DNA of 64,000 bases, taken from the NCBI GenBank assembly GCA_965248925.1, contig CBDFLE010000006.1, positions 2,976,001-3,040,000 on the forward strand, written 5' to 3'. The stretch is from Candidatus Multivoradales bacterium (GTDB lineage: Bacteria > Acidobacteriota > Thermoanaerobaculia > Multivoradales > J023). Positions 1 through 10,430 of the stretch are shown here, piece after piece. The notes under the pieces are model-generated. The model saw only the letters and a program-made list of their open reading frames with translations. It did no database searches and was not told where the DNA came from. The stretch's first letter is position 1, and each line of letters starts with the position of its first letter. A program made the position numbers and the translations under genes.

Positions 1-693
1 GGCGAGTCAGGCGCCGTGGCCGGCAGCGGCACAGCCGAGAAAGATCTGGTTTTGACCATTGCTCGCTTGCTTGAACGTCGTCTCGAAAGTCGCTTGCCGG
101 TGCGGGTCGAACTCACCCGCAACAGAGACGTAGAGATGCTGCACGAGTCGCGCACCGCGCTGGCCAATCAGAACAAGGCCGATCTGTTCATCTCCCTGCA
201 TCTCAATGCCTCTTTCGGTGCTCGGGCTCACGGAGCCGAAACCTACTTCCTCAGCCGCGAAGCGAGCGATCAGTTGGCTGCTGAGGCGGCGGCGGCCGAG
301 AATCGGCATGGGGGTGGAGGCGCCGAGCGCGACTTGCAGTTGATCCTCTGGGATCTCGCTCAGAGCCACCATCTCGCCGAAAGTCAACGCTTTGCCAAGC
401 TGGTGCAAGAAGAACTCAACCAGACTCTCGGCCTGCGCGACCGTGGCGTCAAGCAAGCTCCTTTCCGGGTGTTGATGGGTGCCAACATGCCAGCCGTGCT
501 GGTCGAACTCGGCTTCCTCAGCAATCCGCGAGAAGAGACCAAGCTACAGGATCCGCGCTATCGCCAGGAACTGGTCGATGCCTTGGTGCGGGCGGTGACC
601 CGATTCAAGCGCCAGATCGACACCCGCCTGGGCTTGGTGTCCGCCGACGAGGATTCTACCGCCGAGCCGGCGGTCGAGGAGCCCTCGCTATGA
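1..693 (+). CDS. N-acetylmuramoyl-L-alanine amidase (Amidase_3), 5'-truncated by the window edge
   Basis: Motifs EKDLVL, LTR, R..LAN...ADLFISLHLNA and MPAVLVELGFLSN..E. The frame is open from base 1. Confidence 0.93.
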   Translation, partial: GESGAVAGSGTAEKDLVLTIARLLERRLESRLPVRVELTRNRDVEMLHESRTALANQNKADLFISLHLNASFGARAHGAETYFLSREASDQLAAEAAAAENRHGGGGAERDLQLILWDLAQSHHLAESQRFAKLVQEELNQTLGLRDRGVKQAPFRVLMGANMPAVLVELGFLSNPREETKLQDPRYRQELVDALVRAVTRFKRQIDTRLGLVSADEDSTAEPAVEEPSL

Positions 694-1265
694 GCAGCTG
701 GCGCCGGCTACCCGTTGGGGTTTTGGCGGTCTGCCTTCTACCGATTCTCGGATTTGCCTGTGGCGGCGATGCAGCAGATTCGACGGCTCACAACCCGGCC
801 GGGTTGGCGGCTGAGCAAGGGGCTGCCAATGAGCAGCCGATGCGGCCCGCCGAACTTTACTTTCCCGGCAACGACGGTCGGCTCTATATCGAAATCCGTG
901 AGGTGGTTACTGGCGCGGAGCCGGTCGATCGACTGGTGGCGGTGGTCGAGGCTCTGCTGGCCGGTCCCGAAACCGAGGGCCTACGGGCGCCCTTCGCCAA
1001 CGATGTCGAGGTCGATGGTCTGTTCCTGCTCGACGACAGCATCGTCGCTTTGAATCTACGCTCGGCGGATGGGGGGCCGCCGAACACGACCGGCAGTCAG
1101 CGCGAAATGCTGATCGTCTACAGCCTGGTCAACACCGTCTTGCTCGATTTCGGTGCTGGCGACCGGCTATTGTTGACCTGGAATGGGCGTCAGCTACCGA
1201 CCTTTGCCGGGCAGCTCGATCTCACCCACCCGCTGCGGCCCAATCTCGATTTGGTCGCCGGTTGA
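690..1265 (+). CDS. GerMN domain lipoprotein
   Basis: Lipobox-like FAC, LYFP motif, EALLAGP and 'GSQREMLIVYSLVNT'. ATGA overlap with the amidase, the usual amidase-GerMN-rph synteny. Confidence 0.85.
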   Translation: MSSWRRLPVGVLAVCLLPILGFACGGDAADSTAHNPAGLAAEQGAANEQPMRPAELYFPGNDGRLYIEIREVVTGAEPVDRLVAVVEALLAGPETEGLRAPFANDVEVDGLFLLDDSIVALNLRSADGGPPNTTGSQREMLIVYSLVNTVLLDFGAGDRLLLTWNGRQLPTFAGQLDLTHPLRPNLDLVAG

Positions 1266-1373
1266 GGGTCATCGAGAGGCAACCGACGCAGATCACTCGG
1301 CCTTGGCCCGCCTATCAGCTGGCCGAGTCTGCCCACCGCGAATGGGCAGAGGTCTGATACCTTTCCTGGGCCG

Positions 1374-2207
1374 ATGAATACAAACCAGCCAAAGCAACCC
1401 CGCCGTCCGCATGGTCGCCACGCCGACCAGCTACGCCCAGTTAGCCTGAGCACCGATGTGCTGCGCTTTGCCGAAGGCTCGGCGCAAATCGACATGGGAG
1501 ACACTCGGGTCCTGGTCGCGGCGACCGTCGAAACCAAGGTGCCGAAGTGGCTGAGCGAACGCGGTAGCGGCTGGGTGACAGCCGAGTACGCCATGCTGCC
1601 GCGGGCCACCTCGACCCGCAATGTGCGCGAGGCGAGTCGTGGCAAGCGCGGCGGCCGGACCCTCGAGATCCAACGTCTGATCGGCCGTAGTCTGCGCGCG
1701 GCGGTCGATCTCGAGATGTTGGGTCCGGTGACCGTGATCCTCGATTGCGATGTGATTCAGGCCGATGGCGGTACCCGCACCGCTTCGGTGACCGCCGCCT
1801 GGGTAGCCCTGGTAGAGGCTTTGGGCAAGGCATATCTGGCCGGTGATATCACTCGCTGGCCACTGCGCCGGCAGATCGCCGCGGTATCGGTCGGTTATCT
1901 GGGTTCGACAGCCCTACTCGACCTCGAATACTGTGAAGACTCGGTGGCCGATATCGACATGAATGTCGTTGCCACCCCGGTTGGTGAGTTGGTCGAAGTC
2001 CAGGGCACCGGCGAGCGGCGTACCTTTTCTCGGGCTGAGAACGACCGCTTGCTCGACCTAGCTATGGCGGGTATCGCCACCTTGGCCGAGCAGCAGAACG
2101 AGGCCGTGGCCGGAATCCTGGCCGATGTCGAAGCCAAGCGCCAAGGGGGCCGGCGGCGCACGCCGCCGAAGGACGAAGGCACCTTGTGGGGCGCGCCTCC
2201 CGAGTGA
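1374..2207 (+). CDS. rph: Ribonuclease PH
   Basis: GWVTAEYAMLPRAT, GRTLEIQRLIGRSLRA, DCDVIQADGGTRTAS, EVQGTGE. Confidence 0.97.
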   Translation: MNTNQPKQPRRPHGRHADQLRPVSLSTDVLRFAEGSAQIDMGDTRVLVAATVETKVPKWLSERGSGWVTAEYAMLPRATSTRNVREASRGKRGGRTLEIQRLIGRSLRAAVDLEMLGPVTVILDCDVIQADGGTRTASVTAAWVALVEALGKAYLAGDITRWPLRRQIAAVSVGYLGSTALLDLEYCEDSVADIDMNVVATPVGELVEVQGTGERRTFSRAENDRLLDLAMAGIATLAEQQNEAVAGILADVEAKRQGGRRRTPPKDEGTLWGAPPE

Positions 2208-2273
2208 TCGCGGCTCAGCGCAGCCCGACGGGTGGTTCGTCCTGCCGCTGCCGCTGATCCGTTCGGAGTTCTG

Positions 2274-3473
2274 ATGTTCGAACCCGTTGATCTTTATCAC
2301 CAGCCCAACGCCTTGGCGCCGAGCTACTCCCGCTTTGCGGTCAGCGAGCGCCTCTTGCTCACCGGCCATTCCCACCAGGCCTGGCCGGATTGTGCTCGCG
2401 CCGGCGTGGTACGCGCTTTTGACGACGCCGCTCAGCGGATCGACCGCAAGTGGGGGGTGGCGTTCGCCATGGCCGAGCGGGTTCAGCGGGGCTTCGCCGA
2501 GCTGCTCGACGATGGCGAAGGGGTCTACGCTCTCGGTGCCAACACACACGAACTGGTGGTGCGGTGGTTGAGCGCTCTACCACTCAGAACCCGGCCTCGT
2601 TTGGTGACTACCGATGGCGAGTTTCACACCATCCGTCGCCAGCTGCGCCGGCTCGAGGAAGAAGGGATCGAGGTGGTGCGCGTGCCGACCGTCGAGCCGG
2701 CGCAGGTCGCCACTGACCTGATAGCGGCGGTGGACGACCGCACCGCCGCGGTGCTGGTGTCCTCGGTACTCTTTCGTAGCGGCCGTCGGGTCGCCGGGCT
2801 TGGAGAGGTGCTGGTTGCCGCCCAGCATTGCGGAGCCGAGATGCTGGTCGACGCCTACCACTCCCTTAACGTTGCGCCGTTGTCTTTGGCCGCTGCTGGG
2901 CTTGCGGGGGCATTCGTTACCGGCGGTGGGTACAAGTACTGCCAGTTGGGCGAAGGCAACTGCTTCTTGCGGTTACCGGCGGATTGTCGCATGCGACCCC
3001 TGGTCACCGGTTGGTTCGCTGAGTTCGGCGAGCTGGGTCAATCGCGAGATGGCGAAGTGCTCTATGCCGAAGGCGCCGCTCGGTTCGCCGGATCAACCTA
3101 CGATCCGACCAGTCACTATCGCGCCGCGGCGGTTTTCGACTTCTTCGTTGAGAAAAGTTTAAATCAAGATTTTCTGCGCCAGGTCAGCCAGCACCAGCTC
3201 GACGTCTTGTGCAAGGCCTTCGACGCTCTCGATGCCGACCCCCGCCTGGCCAGCCGCGAGCACGATGTGGCGGTGGATGATCTGGGCGGTTTCTTGGTTG
3301 TCGAAAGCCCGGTCGCCGCGGGACTCTCAGCGGCTCTATACCAACGCGGCGTATCGACCGATTCCCGCGGCCAGAGCCTACGCCTCGGCCCGGCGCCGTA
3401 CCTGTCAGATATTCAGCTCCACGACGCCGTCGGTCTGCTCGGTGACGTGCTGGCTGAGTTCGCCGTTTCTTGA
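2274..3473 (+). CDS. kynU: Kynureninase-like class V PLP aminotransferase
   Basis: LLTGHSHQAWPD, VDAYHS, GGGYKYCQLGEG (PLP Lys), LRLGPAPY. The ATG at 2274 has GGAG upstream; the track starts the ORF at 2232. Confidence 0.75.
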   Translation: MFEPVDLYHQPNALAPSYSRFAVSERLLLTGHSHQAWPDCARAGVVRAFDDAAQRIDRKWGVAFAMAERVQRGFAELLDDGEGVYALGANTHELVVRWLSALPLRTRPRLVTTDGEFHTIRRQLRRLEEEGIEVVRVPTVEPAQVATDLIAAVDDRTAAVLVSSVLFRSGRRVAGLGEVLVAAQHCGAEMLVDAYHSLNVAPLSLAAAGLAGAFVTGGGYKYCQLGEGNCFLRLPADCRMRPLVTGWFAEFGELGQSRDGEVLYAEGAARFAGSTYDPTSHYRAAAVFDFFVEKSLNQDFLRQVSQHQLDVLCKAFDALDADPRLASREHDVAVDDLGGFLVVESPVAAGLSAALYQRGVSTDSRGQSLRLGPAPYLSDIQLHDAVGLLGDVLAEFAVS

Positions 3474-3558
3474 GCAAGTCTCAATGGCCACCTACAACAA
3501 GAGCCAGGGCAACGCCCTGGCTCTTGTTCTCTCATCCAGTGTGGCCGAGTCCGCGTGA

Positions 3559-4608
3559 CTAGTTGGCTTCGGCGCTGGCGTTTGACGAAGTGATGGTGCC
3601 GGTGACCGGTACTTCGACGATCGGGTTCTTGCTGTCGGAGGTGTGAATCTTGATCATGCTCGAGAACTGGCCTTCGGGCATTCCTTCGCCGACGGTCAGC
3701 AGCACGCGGAAGCGGTGGCCTTCGTTGTTCTTGATCTCGGTCACCTCGGCTTCGAGTCCCACCAGGCCGGTCTCGACTTTGTCGATGGTGATGGCTTTGG
3801 TGATGAAGTTGGTCATCGCCAGTTGCCGCTTGACCGGCAGCAGGCTTTGGCCCAAAGAGCCGAACTCAACGGTTTCGGGAGTGACGTGCTGGCGGGGGCG
3901 GATGAAGCCGGAGACCGGAATCTTGGCGATTCTCTGCTCGGGGTGGTTGGTGGTCACGCGGACGAAGTTGCGCAGCGCGCCCACCGGCGCGTTGGGCTCG
4001 AGTTTGATGTTGACCCGCCACTGCTTGGCAGCGCTGCCACGGGCGTCGCGCTCGGCTTCGGTGGCTTCGTGAAAGCTCACTTTCAAATAGTCGTAGGGCG
4101 AGGAGACTTCCAAGATTTCCAAATCCGAGCCGTCCTCGGCCCACAGGTTCTGCGGGATCGCCTCGACGTACTCACCCTGCACATAGCTGTAGCGGGCGAA
4201 ACCGGGGAAGACTCGCAGGTAGGGCTTGACGTTGGCTTTGATCACCAGTTGTAGCTTGGCGTTGTTGGCATCGTTGGTGAACACCGCCACGGATTTGGCG
4301 ATTGGGCCGGAGAAGTCCTGGGTCTTGACCCGGGTAGTGATCTGACCGCTGGCACCGGGGGCGATCACTTTGTCGAAATCGACCACCGTGCAGCCGCAAG
4401 CCGGGTTGACGTCGGTCAGCTCAAGCTGGGCGTCGCCTTCGTTGCGGATCTCGAAGGAATGCACGATCACTTTACCTTGGGGTACGAAATCGAAGTCTTT
4501 GACCGGCTCCGGCACCACGGCCCGAGGGCCTTCCTGGGCCATCACAGAACCGCTGAGGAGCAGCAATAGAAGAGCGGTAGTCAGGGCGATCGGGAACAGA
4601 CGCTTCAT
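3559..4608 (-). CDS. Secreted DUF1573/Ig-like domain protein
   Basis: Signal peptide, then F.IRNEGDA.L...V.PACGCT...IAPGASG and further Ig-like repeats. Confidence 0.85.
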   Translation of the reverse strand: MKRLFPIALTTALLLLLLSGSVMAQEGPRAVVPEPVKDFDFVPQGKVIVHSFEIRNEGDAQLELTDVNPACGCTVVDFDKVIAPGASGQITTRVKTQDFSGPIAKSVAVFTNDANNAKLQLVIKANVKPYLRVFPGFARYSYVQGEYVEAIPQNLWAEDGSDLEILEVSSPYDYLKVSFHEATEAERDARGSAAKQWRVNIKLEPNAPVGALRNFVRVTTNHPEQRIAKIPVSGFIRPRQHVTPETVEFGSLGQSLLPVKRQLAMTNFITKAITIDKVETGLVGLEAEVTEIKNNEGHRFRVLLTVGEGMPEGQFSSMIKIHTSDSKNPIVEVPVTGTITSSNASAEAN

Positions 4609-4875
4609 GGGAGAGCTCCTTGCAAACCAGGTCGCGCGGCGACGGATGAGTGGGGTGTCAAGGCTCGCTGTCTGGGTGCTGTCAGGCTGAGGTGCGAGCC
4701 GACGAGCGTTGCCCAGCAGACAGTCAGACGATGCTATACTGGCCTTCTGACCACCGCCAACAAACAGCCGTAAAACCCGAGTAAAACAGGCTTCAATCCG
4801 TCTCGAGCCCGTTCTCTAACGATTCTTGCGGCCGGTCTTCGTGCCGTTGCCGACCGTCAGTCCAAGAGGCCAGTC

Positions 4876-6300
4876 ATGTCCGCATCAATTCCATCTCTGG
4901 ATATCTACTGCGTCGCTATTGGCGGCACCGGCATGGCGCCACTGGCTTGTTTGCTGCAGGGTCTGGGGCATCGGCTCCGGGGCTCTGATTCGCCCCTCTA
5001 TCCGCCGATGAGCAGCCTGCTGGCCGACGCCGGGATCGAGCCGTTGGTGGGCTACGATCCGGCCCATCTGCAGCCGCTTCCCGATCTGGTGATTATCGGC
5101 AACGCGGTCCACCGGCAAAATCCGGAAGCGCTACGGGTTGAGGCCAGTGGTGTCGAGCGTATCTCGATGCCGCAGGCGCTGGCCCGGTTCTTTCTCCAGG
5201 ATCGCCGGCCGTTAGTGGTCTCGGGCACCCATGGCAAGACCACCACCACTTCGTTGGCCTCGTGGGTCTATGGTCGCTGTGGCACCGATCCCGGCTATCT
5301 GATCGGTGGTGTGCCGATCGGACTCGAACAGAGTTTTCACCGTGGTAGCGGCGACCGCTTCGTGATCGAGGGTGATGAGTACAATGCCGCCTACTTCGAT
5401 CGCGGACCCAAGTTTCTGCACTACCGAGCCCAAACCCTAATCCTGACCAGTGTCGAATACGACCATGCCGACCTCTATCCGCAACCGGAGTTGCTGCGCC
5501 AGGCTTATCTGAAGTTAGTGCGCTCGCTGCCGGTGGATGGATTGCTGATCGCCTGTGGAGACTCGGTGGCCGTGCGTCAGGTGGCGGCCGAAGCATCTTG
5601 TGCGGTGTGTTTCTACGGGCTGGGTGAGGACAACGATGTCCGCCCGCTGGATGGCGTGGAAGCCCTGCCCCAAGGCAGTCGGCTGGAGGTCGACGACGGT
5701 GCCGGCGGTAGTTGTCGCTTGGATCTGCAGATCCCTGGCGAGCACAATGTGGTGAACTCGCTGGCAGTGTGGGCAGCGGCTTGTCACGACGATCTCGACC
5801 GGGTGACGGCCGCAGCGGCGCTGAATTCGTTCCAGGGGGTCAAGCGGCGGCTGGAGGACCTTGGCAGCGCCGCTGGAGTGACCGTGGTGGACGACTTTGC
5901 CCACCACCCGACGGCGGTGGGCAAATCCCTCGGTGGGCTGCGCCAGCGCTATCCCGGCCGGCGGCTGGTGCTGCTCTTTGAGCCCCGCAGTCTGACTGCC
6001 GGGCGCAGCTTTTTCCTTGACGACTACAGCGCCGCCTTTCGCGGTGCGGACGTGGTGCTGTTGGCGCCGGTCTTTCACGCTGGCCGCTTGGATGATGCCG
6101 AGCGCCTCGACCTGGCCGCCTTGCGCCAGCGGCTCGAGGAGCGGGGAACTCTTGCCCTGGCCCCCAGCGATGTCGAGTCGTTATTTCAGCAGGCTTTAGA
6201 CTTGGCTCGTCCGGGAGATGTCTTGGCAACCATGTCCTCGGGTGCTTTCGCTGGTATCCCCCACCGCTTGCTTGAGGCCCTCGGCGGCCGCCAAGGCTAG
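4876..6300 (+). CDS. mpl: Murein peptide ligase Mpl (MurC-like)
   Basis: AIGGTGMAPLA, SGTHGKTTTTS, FVIEGDEY..AYFDRGPKFLHY, DDFAHHPTA, FEPRS. Confidence 0.88.
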   Translation: MSASIPSLDIYCVAIGGTGMAPLACLLQGLGHRLRGSDSPLYPPMSSLLADAGIEPLVGYDPAHLQPLPDLVIIGNAVHRQNPEALRVEASGVERISMPQALARFFLQDRRPLVVSGTHGKTTTTSLASWVYGRCGTDPGYLIGGVPIGLEQSFHRGSGDRFVIEGDEYNAAYFDRGPKFLHYRAQTLILTSVEYDHADLYPQPELLRQAYLKLVRSLPVDGLLIACGDSVAVRQVAAEASCAVCFYGLGEDNDVRPLDGVEALPQGSRLEVDDGAGGSCRLDLQIPGEHNVVNSLAVWAAACHDDLDRVTAAAALNSFQGVKRRLEDLGSAAGVTVVDDFAHHPTAVGKSLGGLRQRYPGRRLVLLFEPRSLTAGRSFFLDDYSAAFRGADVVLLAPVFHAGRLDDAERLDLAALRQRLEERGTLALAPSDVESLFQQALDLARPGDVLATMSSGAFAGIPHRLLEALGGRQG

Positions 6301-6316
6301 CGACGACAGATCGCGT

Positions 6317-7222
6317 TCAGCTGCTCAAGCCGGCGTGGTGCAGGCGATTCTCGAGCAGCATTTCTTCGCTGTAGCCTTCCAGGCGCAATTCGGCGAGGGG
6401 GCCATCGGCCAAGGCGGCTGTCGGCACCAGGCCGACGAACTCGCTGCTGAGTACCTCGACCCCGAGCCGCTCGGCCTCCGCGGCCACCGTGGCGAAGGCC
6501 GCATGAGGCGAGGTCTGGCGGTAGTCCACCAGATTCATGCTCACTTGACTCAGCCGGCGGCTGGCCAATTCCACTCCCAAGGCTCTGACCGCGGGCAAGC
6601 CGCCGCCGACCTCGCGCACTCGGCTGGCAATACCCTTGGCCGGCGCCGGGTCGGGGCAATCCAGGACGATGTTGAAGGCGATCAGAAAGAAGCGAGCGCC
6701 GATCGCCGTAGCGCCGGCGCTGGGATGTAGCTCGGCCGGTCCAAAGTCGGGCCAGCCGCTAGCTTGGCGCAGGCGTGCGGCGAGAGCTTTGAGTCCGCCG
6801 CGGCGAAGGTCAGCCAGCTGCCGGTTGCGGTCGCTGCGGGCGGCCTGGCCGTAGAGGTAGACCGGCAGCCGTAGTTCGCTGCCTACTCGTTCAGCGAGTA
6901 CCTTAGCGAGGTGGACGGCAGTGGCCATGCTGGTGGCGCCGAGAGGCACGAACGGGCAGACATCGAGGGCACCGATCCGTGGATGCACCCCATGATGCTG
7001 GCGCAGGTCGATATCGGCCAGGGCCTGGCGGTAGAGCGCTAGCAGGGCTGTGAGCAGAGTTTCTTGGTCGCCGGCAAGGGTCAGCACGGCGCGATGGTGG
7101 TCGCCATCGGCCGACAGATCGAGTTGCCGTGCACCCGCCAGGCGGGCCGCTCGGGCGAGTCGCTCGATGATCCGTGGTCGACGACCTTCGCTGAAGTTGG
7201 GGATACATTCCAAGAGTGCCAT
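6317..7222 (-). CDS. ftcD: Glutamate formiminotransferase
   Basis: Starts MALLECIPNFSEGR. Contains D.DHHRAVLT, HHGVHPRIGALDVCPFVPL and QVSMNLVDY. Confidence 0.92.
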   Translation of the reverse strand: MALLECIPNFSEGRRPRIIERLARAARLAGARQLDLSADGDHHRAVLTLAGDQETLLTALLALYRQALADIDLRQHHGVHPRIGALDVCPFVPLGATSMATAVHLAKVLAERVGSELRLPVYLYGQAARSDRNRQLADLRRGGLKALAARLRQASGWPDFGPAELHPSAGATAIGARFFLIAFNIVLDCPDPAPAKGIASRVREVGGGLPAVRALGVELASRRLSQVSMNLVDYRQTSPHAAFATVAAEAERLGVEVLSSEFVGLVPTAALADGPLAELRLEGYSEEMLLENRLHHAGLSS

Positions 7223-7395
7223 CGAAAGTGCAGTATAAAGCCGAGGAGCGGACTGGAGGGGGAGCTCGAGGCGCGCGCGAAATGCTGGTGTAATCACGCT
7301 CGGTGGCCGCTGGGCTCGGGTATGATTTAATCCTGACCGAGGCCGGGTGCACGGCAAGTCTTCGGAACGACCCCCAGCAAGGCAAACAGGAGCCG

Positions 7396-9708
7396 ATGAG
7401 TATGAGCTATCGCGGAAATCCGGCGCTCGATCCGGAGATGCAGGAGCGCATCGAGCATACCTTCAGCGAAACCCGGGGGCTGATTCGCGAAGGCAAGTTG
7501 CGGCAGGCGGTCCTGGGCTGTGAGTTCATCCTCAAGATGGACCCGGCCTATGTGCCGGCCCAGACGCTGCTCGAACGTCTGCACACCCACATCACGGAAC
7601 AGCAAGTCGCGGCGCCAGTGGCGGAGCCCGCCGTCGAGACAGGGGTGGCGCAACCAGCCGAGGATTCGCCGGCCCAGGCGACGCGAGAGATTCCAGTGGT
7701 ACCGCTGGAGCCGTCCGCACCACCGACTCCGGCCGTCGATTTGGAGCCTCTCGCTGACTTAGAACCGCTGGATGATCTCGGCGACCTCGAGGATCTAGAC
7801 TTCGACGACGATCCCTCCTCGCCGGCGGCAGGGGCCTCGGGACTCACCGCCATGCTGCAGGATCTGTGGGTCCGGCGCAACTACTCGCAGATTCTGCAGG
7901 TTGCCGAGAGTCAGCATGAGGCGCTGCAAGGCGAGCCGCAGCTGCATTTGCTGGTCGAGCAGGCGCGGGAGCGTCACGAAGCGGATGCGTTCGTGCAAAA
8001 TTTTCTCGATTCCGCGCGTCTAGCGTGGCAGACCGGCGACCTGGCCCAAGCGCACAATTTGTTGCAGAAGGCCCAAACTCTGGACGGCGAGCATCCGGAC
8101 GTGGTCGCGTTTGCGGCAGAACTTAGCACCCCAGAAGAGAGCGGCAAGTCGGTCAACCTGGGCGATGGTGAACTGGTTTTCGCGGCGCCACCGGCTGCCG
8201 AAGATGATGTTCTCACCGAGTTGCCCTCCCTCGAGCTGCCGGTTGCCGATGCTAAGTCCGACCTAGAACTACCTTCGTCGGTCGACTTGTCAGCGGACCT
8301 GCCGGACGCGGCCGACCTTGCCACCAGCCTGATCGTCGAGCCGGAACCGTTGGCCGAGCCGGAAGCGGTGGTTGATGTGGTGGACTTCAGCGCTCCTGCC
8401 AAGGTGGCGGCGACGGATCCTGTCGCCGAACCCGAGGACGGCGAGCTGCGGGTCGACCAGCTGCTCGAGCAGGGGCAAGAGGCCTACGACCGCGGCGAGT
8501 TTCAGCAAGCGATCGACATTTGGTCGCGGATTTTCTTGGTCGATTTAGATCACCAAGGAGCCAGCGACCGAATCGAGGAGGCACGCAACAAGAAAGCCGA
8601 ACTCGAACGGCAGGCAGAAGAGGCTTTCCACGAAAGCCTAGGGATGATCGAACGCCAGGAGCTCGACCCCGCCAAGGAACAGCTGAACCGAGTGCTGGAG
8701 CTGCATCCCAATCACCATCTGGCGCGCGAGTACCTCGACCAACTCGAGCAGGGCAAAGTGCCGACCGTGACCATGGCCAAGGTGCTCAAAGACCCGGCCG
8801 CGGAGGCGGCTGAGGGCACCGACGAGTTGGATGTACCGGAGCTGATCGGTGGTCCCACAGTAGACAGCCCATCGCTCGAGGCCGCTGTCGAGCGCGATCG
8901 CATGGTGGCAGTCAAGAAGAAAGATTGGCGCTTGATCGGTCTGGCCGCTGCGCTGGTTGTCGGGGTGCTTGCCGGCGGTTACTTCATCGCCACCAACTGG
9001 AACAAGTTCTTTCCCAATTCTGGTCCTTCCGCGGCTTCTGCGGGCAGTCGTCCGCAGGTCGACCTGATCGCCCGGGCAACCGCTATGCACGAGGGTGGCA
9101 ATACCGAGAACGCCATCAACTTGCTGCAGCGGCTGCCGCCGGATGACGACCGGTTCGATGAGGCGCAGAAGCTCTTGGAACAGTGGGCCGCCCTGGTCGA
9201 GTTCGACGCGGAAGGGCAGGTTAGCGGGGTTGACGAAGAGCTTTTGGCGCGAACTCAAGAGCTGGTAGCCGCGGCACGGCGAGCCCATGCCAGCGGCCGC
9301 TTTCTGCCCGCTCGCGTGGCCATCGAGCGGGCTGCCAAGCTATCTCCACTGAATGCCGAGGACATGGATTTGCGGAGCCAGATCGACCATGGCTTGGAGC
9401 CACTCAAGGAAGAGCTGGAGCTATTTGCAGAGAAGCGTTTTCGCGACCTGATTCCTCTGCTGTGGCGGATTCGAGATAGTACCCCCGAGAATCCCGATGT
9501 ACAGCAGCTGCTGGTCGATTCGTACTACAATTTGGCGGTTCGCCACCTACGCCGAGGCAACCCCAAAGAAGCGAGAGAGATGCTCGCCGACGCGCTCGAG
9601 GTAGAACCCGCCAATGAGGAGTTGCAGCGTCTTGAGCTGTTTGCTAGCTCCTACGCCGTGACCTCCCAAGATCTGCTCTACCGCATTTTCGTCAAATATC
9701 TATCGTAG
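7396..9708 (+). CDS. Membrane-anchored TPR protein with acidic low-complexity linkers
   Basis: Multiple TPR-like helices, DLEPL/DDLGDLEDLDF acidic tracts and one TM (LIGLAAALVVGVLAGGYF). AGGAG precedes the ATG at 7396. Confidence 0.75.
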   Translation: MSMSYRGNPALDPEMQERIEHTFSETRGLIREGKLRQAVLGCEFILKMDPAYVPAQTLLERLHTHITEQQVAAPVAEPAVETGVAQPAEDSPAQATREIPVVPLEPSAPPTPAVDLEPLADLEPLDDLGDLEDLDFDDDPSSPAAGASGLTAMLQDLWVRRNYSQILQVAESQHEALQGEPQLHLLVEQARERHEADAFVQNFLDSARLAWQTGDLAQAHNLLQKAQTLDGEHPDVVAFAAELSTPEESGKSVNLGDGELVFAAPPAAEDDVLTELPSLELPVADAKSDLELPSSVDLSADLPDAADLATSLIVEPEPLAEPEAVVDVVDFSAPAKVAATDPVAEPEDGELRVDQLLEQGQEAYDRGEFQQAIDIWSRIFLVDLDHQGASDRIEEARNKKAELERQAEEAFHESLGMIERQELDPAKEQLNRVLELHPNHHLAREYLDQLEQGKVPTVTMAKVLKDPAAEAAEGTDELDVPELIGGPTVDSPSLEAAVERDRMVAVKKKDWRLIGLAAALVVGVLAGGYFIATNWNKFFPNSGPSAASAGSRPQVDLIARATAMHEGGNTENAINLLQRLPPDDDRFDEAQKLLEQWAALVEFDAEGQVSGVDEELLARTQELVAAARRAHASGRFLPARVAIERAAKLSPLNAEDMDLRSQIDHGLEPLKEELELFAEKRFRDLIPLLWRIRDSTPENPDVQQLLVDSYYNLAVRHLRRGNPKEAREMLADALEVEPANEELQRLELFASSYAVTSQDLLYRIFVKYLS

Positions 9709-9718
9709 CCGCTGAACG

Positions 9719-10426
9719 ATGTCCAAAGACCCCTCGCTGGATCCGGAGCTGCCGCTGTTTGACGACTACCCGCTCGATGAGGCGGTTGCCGCGAAATCGC
9801 CGCCGGCAACCTCTGCTGATCAGCGGCCGGAAGTCAATCCGCCGCTGGCCGAGCCGGCGGCGCCTGACCGGCATCCCCTGTCTCTATTTCCCGATCCCGA
9901 TGGCGGTGAAACTCCACCGAATGATGAGGTCGAGGCCGGCTTGGGCCAGCCCTTGGTTGCCGCTGCCTCAGCGGCTGCTGCCGACGACCCGTCCAGGGTT
10001 TCCGCGGCTAGCGGTCGCCGCACCGTGCTCGGTCCGGCGGCTTTGGCGGAGCGGATCTACTCCGGCTTGCTCGACTTGTTGGTGAATATCAGTGCTCTGG
10101 CGGCTACTCTGTTGCTGGTCAAGGCGATGGGAGTCGCGTCGCCGCTCCAAGCTTGGCAGGCCTGGACACTGCTGACGGCGGTGTTTTCCTATCTCTACTG
10201 GGTGGTGCCTTTGGCCTTCTGGGGCCAGACCCCAGGGATGACCTGGCGACATTTGATCGCCCGTAACTCCGACAGTGAGCCGCTCACCTTTGGCCAAGCC
10301 AGCCGGCGTTGGCTCGGCGCATTGCTCACCGTGGCCTTATTCGGCGCGCCGCTGCTGCTGGCCCTCGGCGGACGTTCGCTGAGCGACTGGCTGAGTGCTT
10401 CGCAATGCCTCACGCTGGACGATTAG
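9719..10426 (+). CDS. RDD family membrane protein
   Basis: R...GLLD, YW......WGQTPGM, R.....SLSD.LS. Confidence 0.85.
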   Translation: MSKDPSLDPELPLFDDYPLDEAVAAKSPPATSADQRPEVNPPLAEPAAPDRHPLSLFPDPDGGETPPNDEVEAGLGQPLVAAASAAAADDPSRVSAASGRRTVLGPAALAERIYSGLLDLLVNISALAATLLLVKAMGVASPLQAWQAWTLLTAVFSYLYWVVPLAFWGQTPGMTWRHLIARNSDSEPLTFGQASRRWLGALLTVALFGAPLLLALGGRSLSDWLSASQCLTLDD

Positions 10427-10430
10427 GCGG

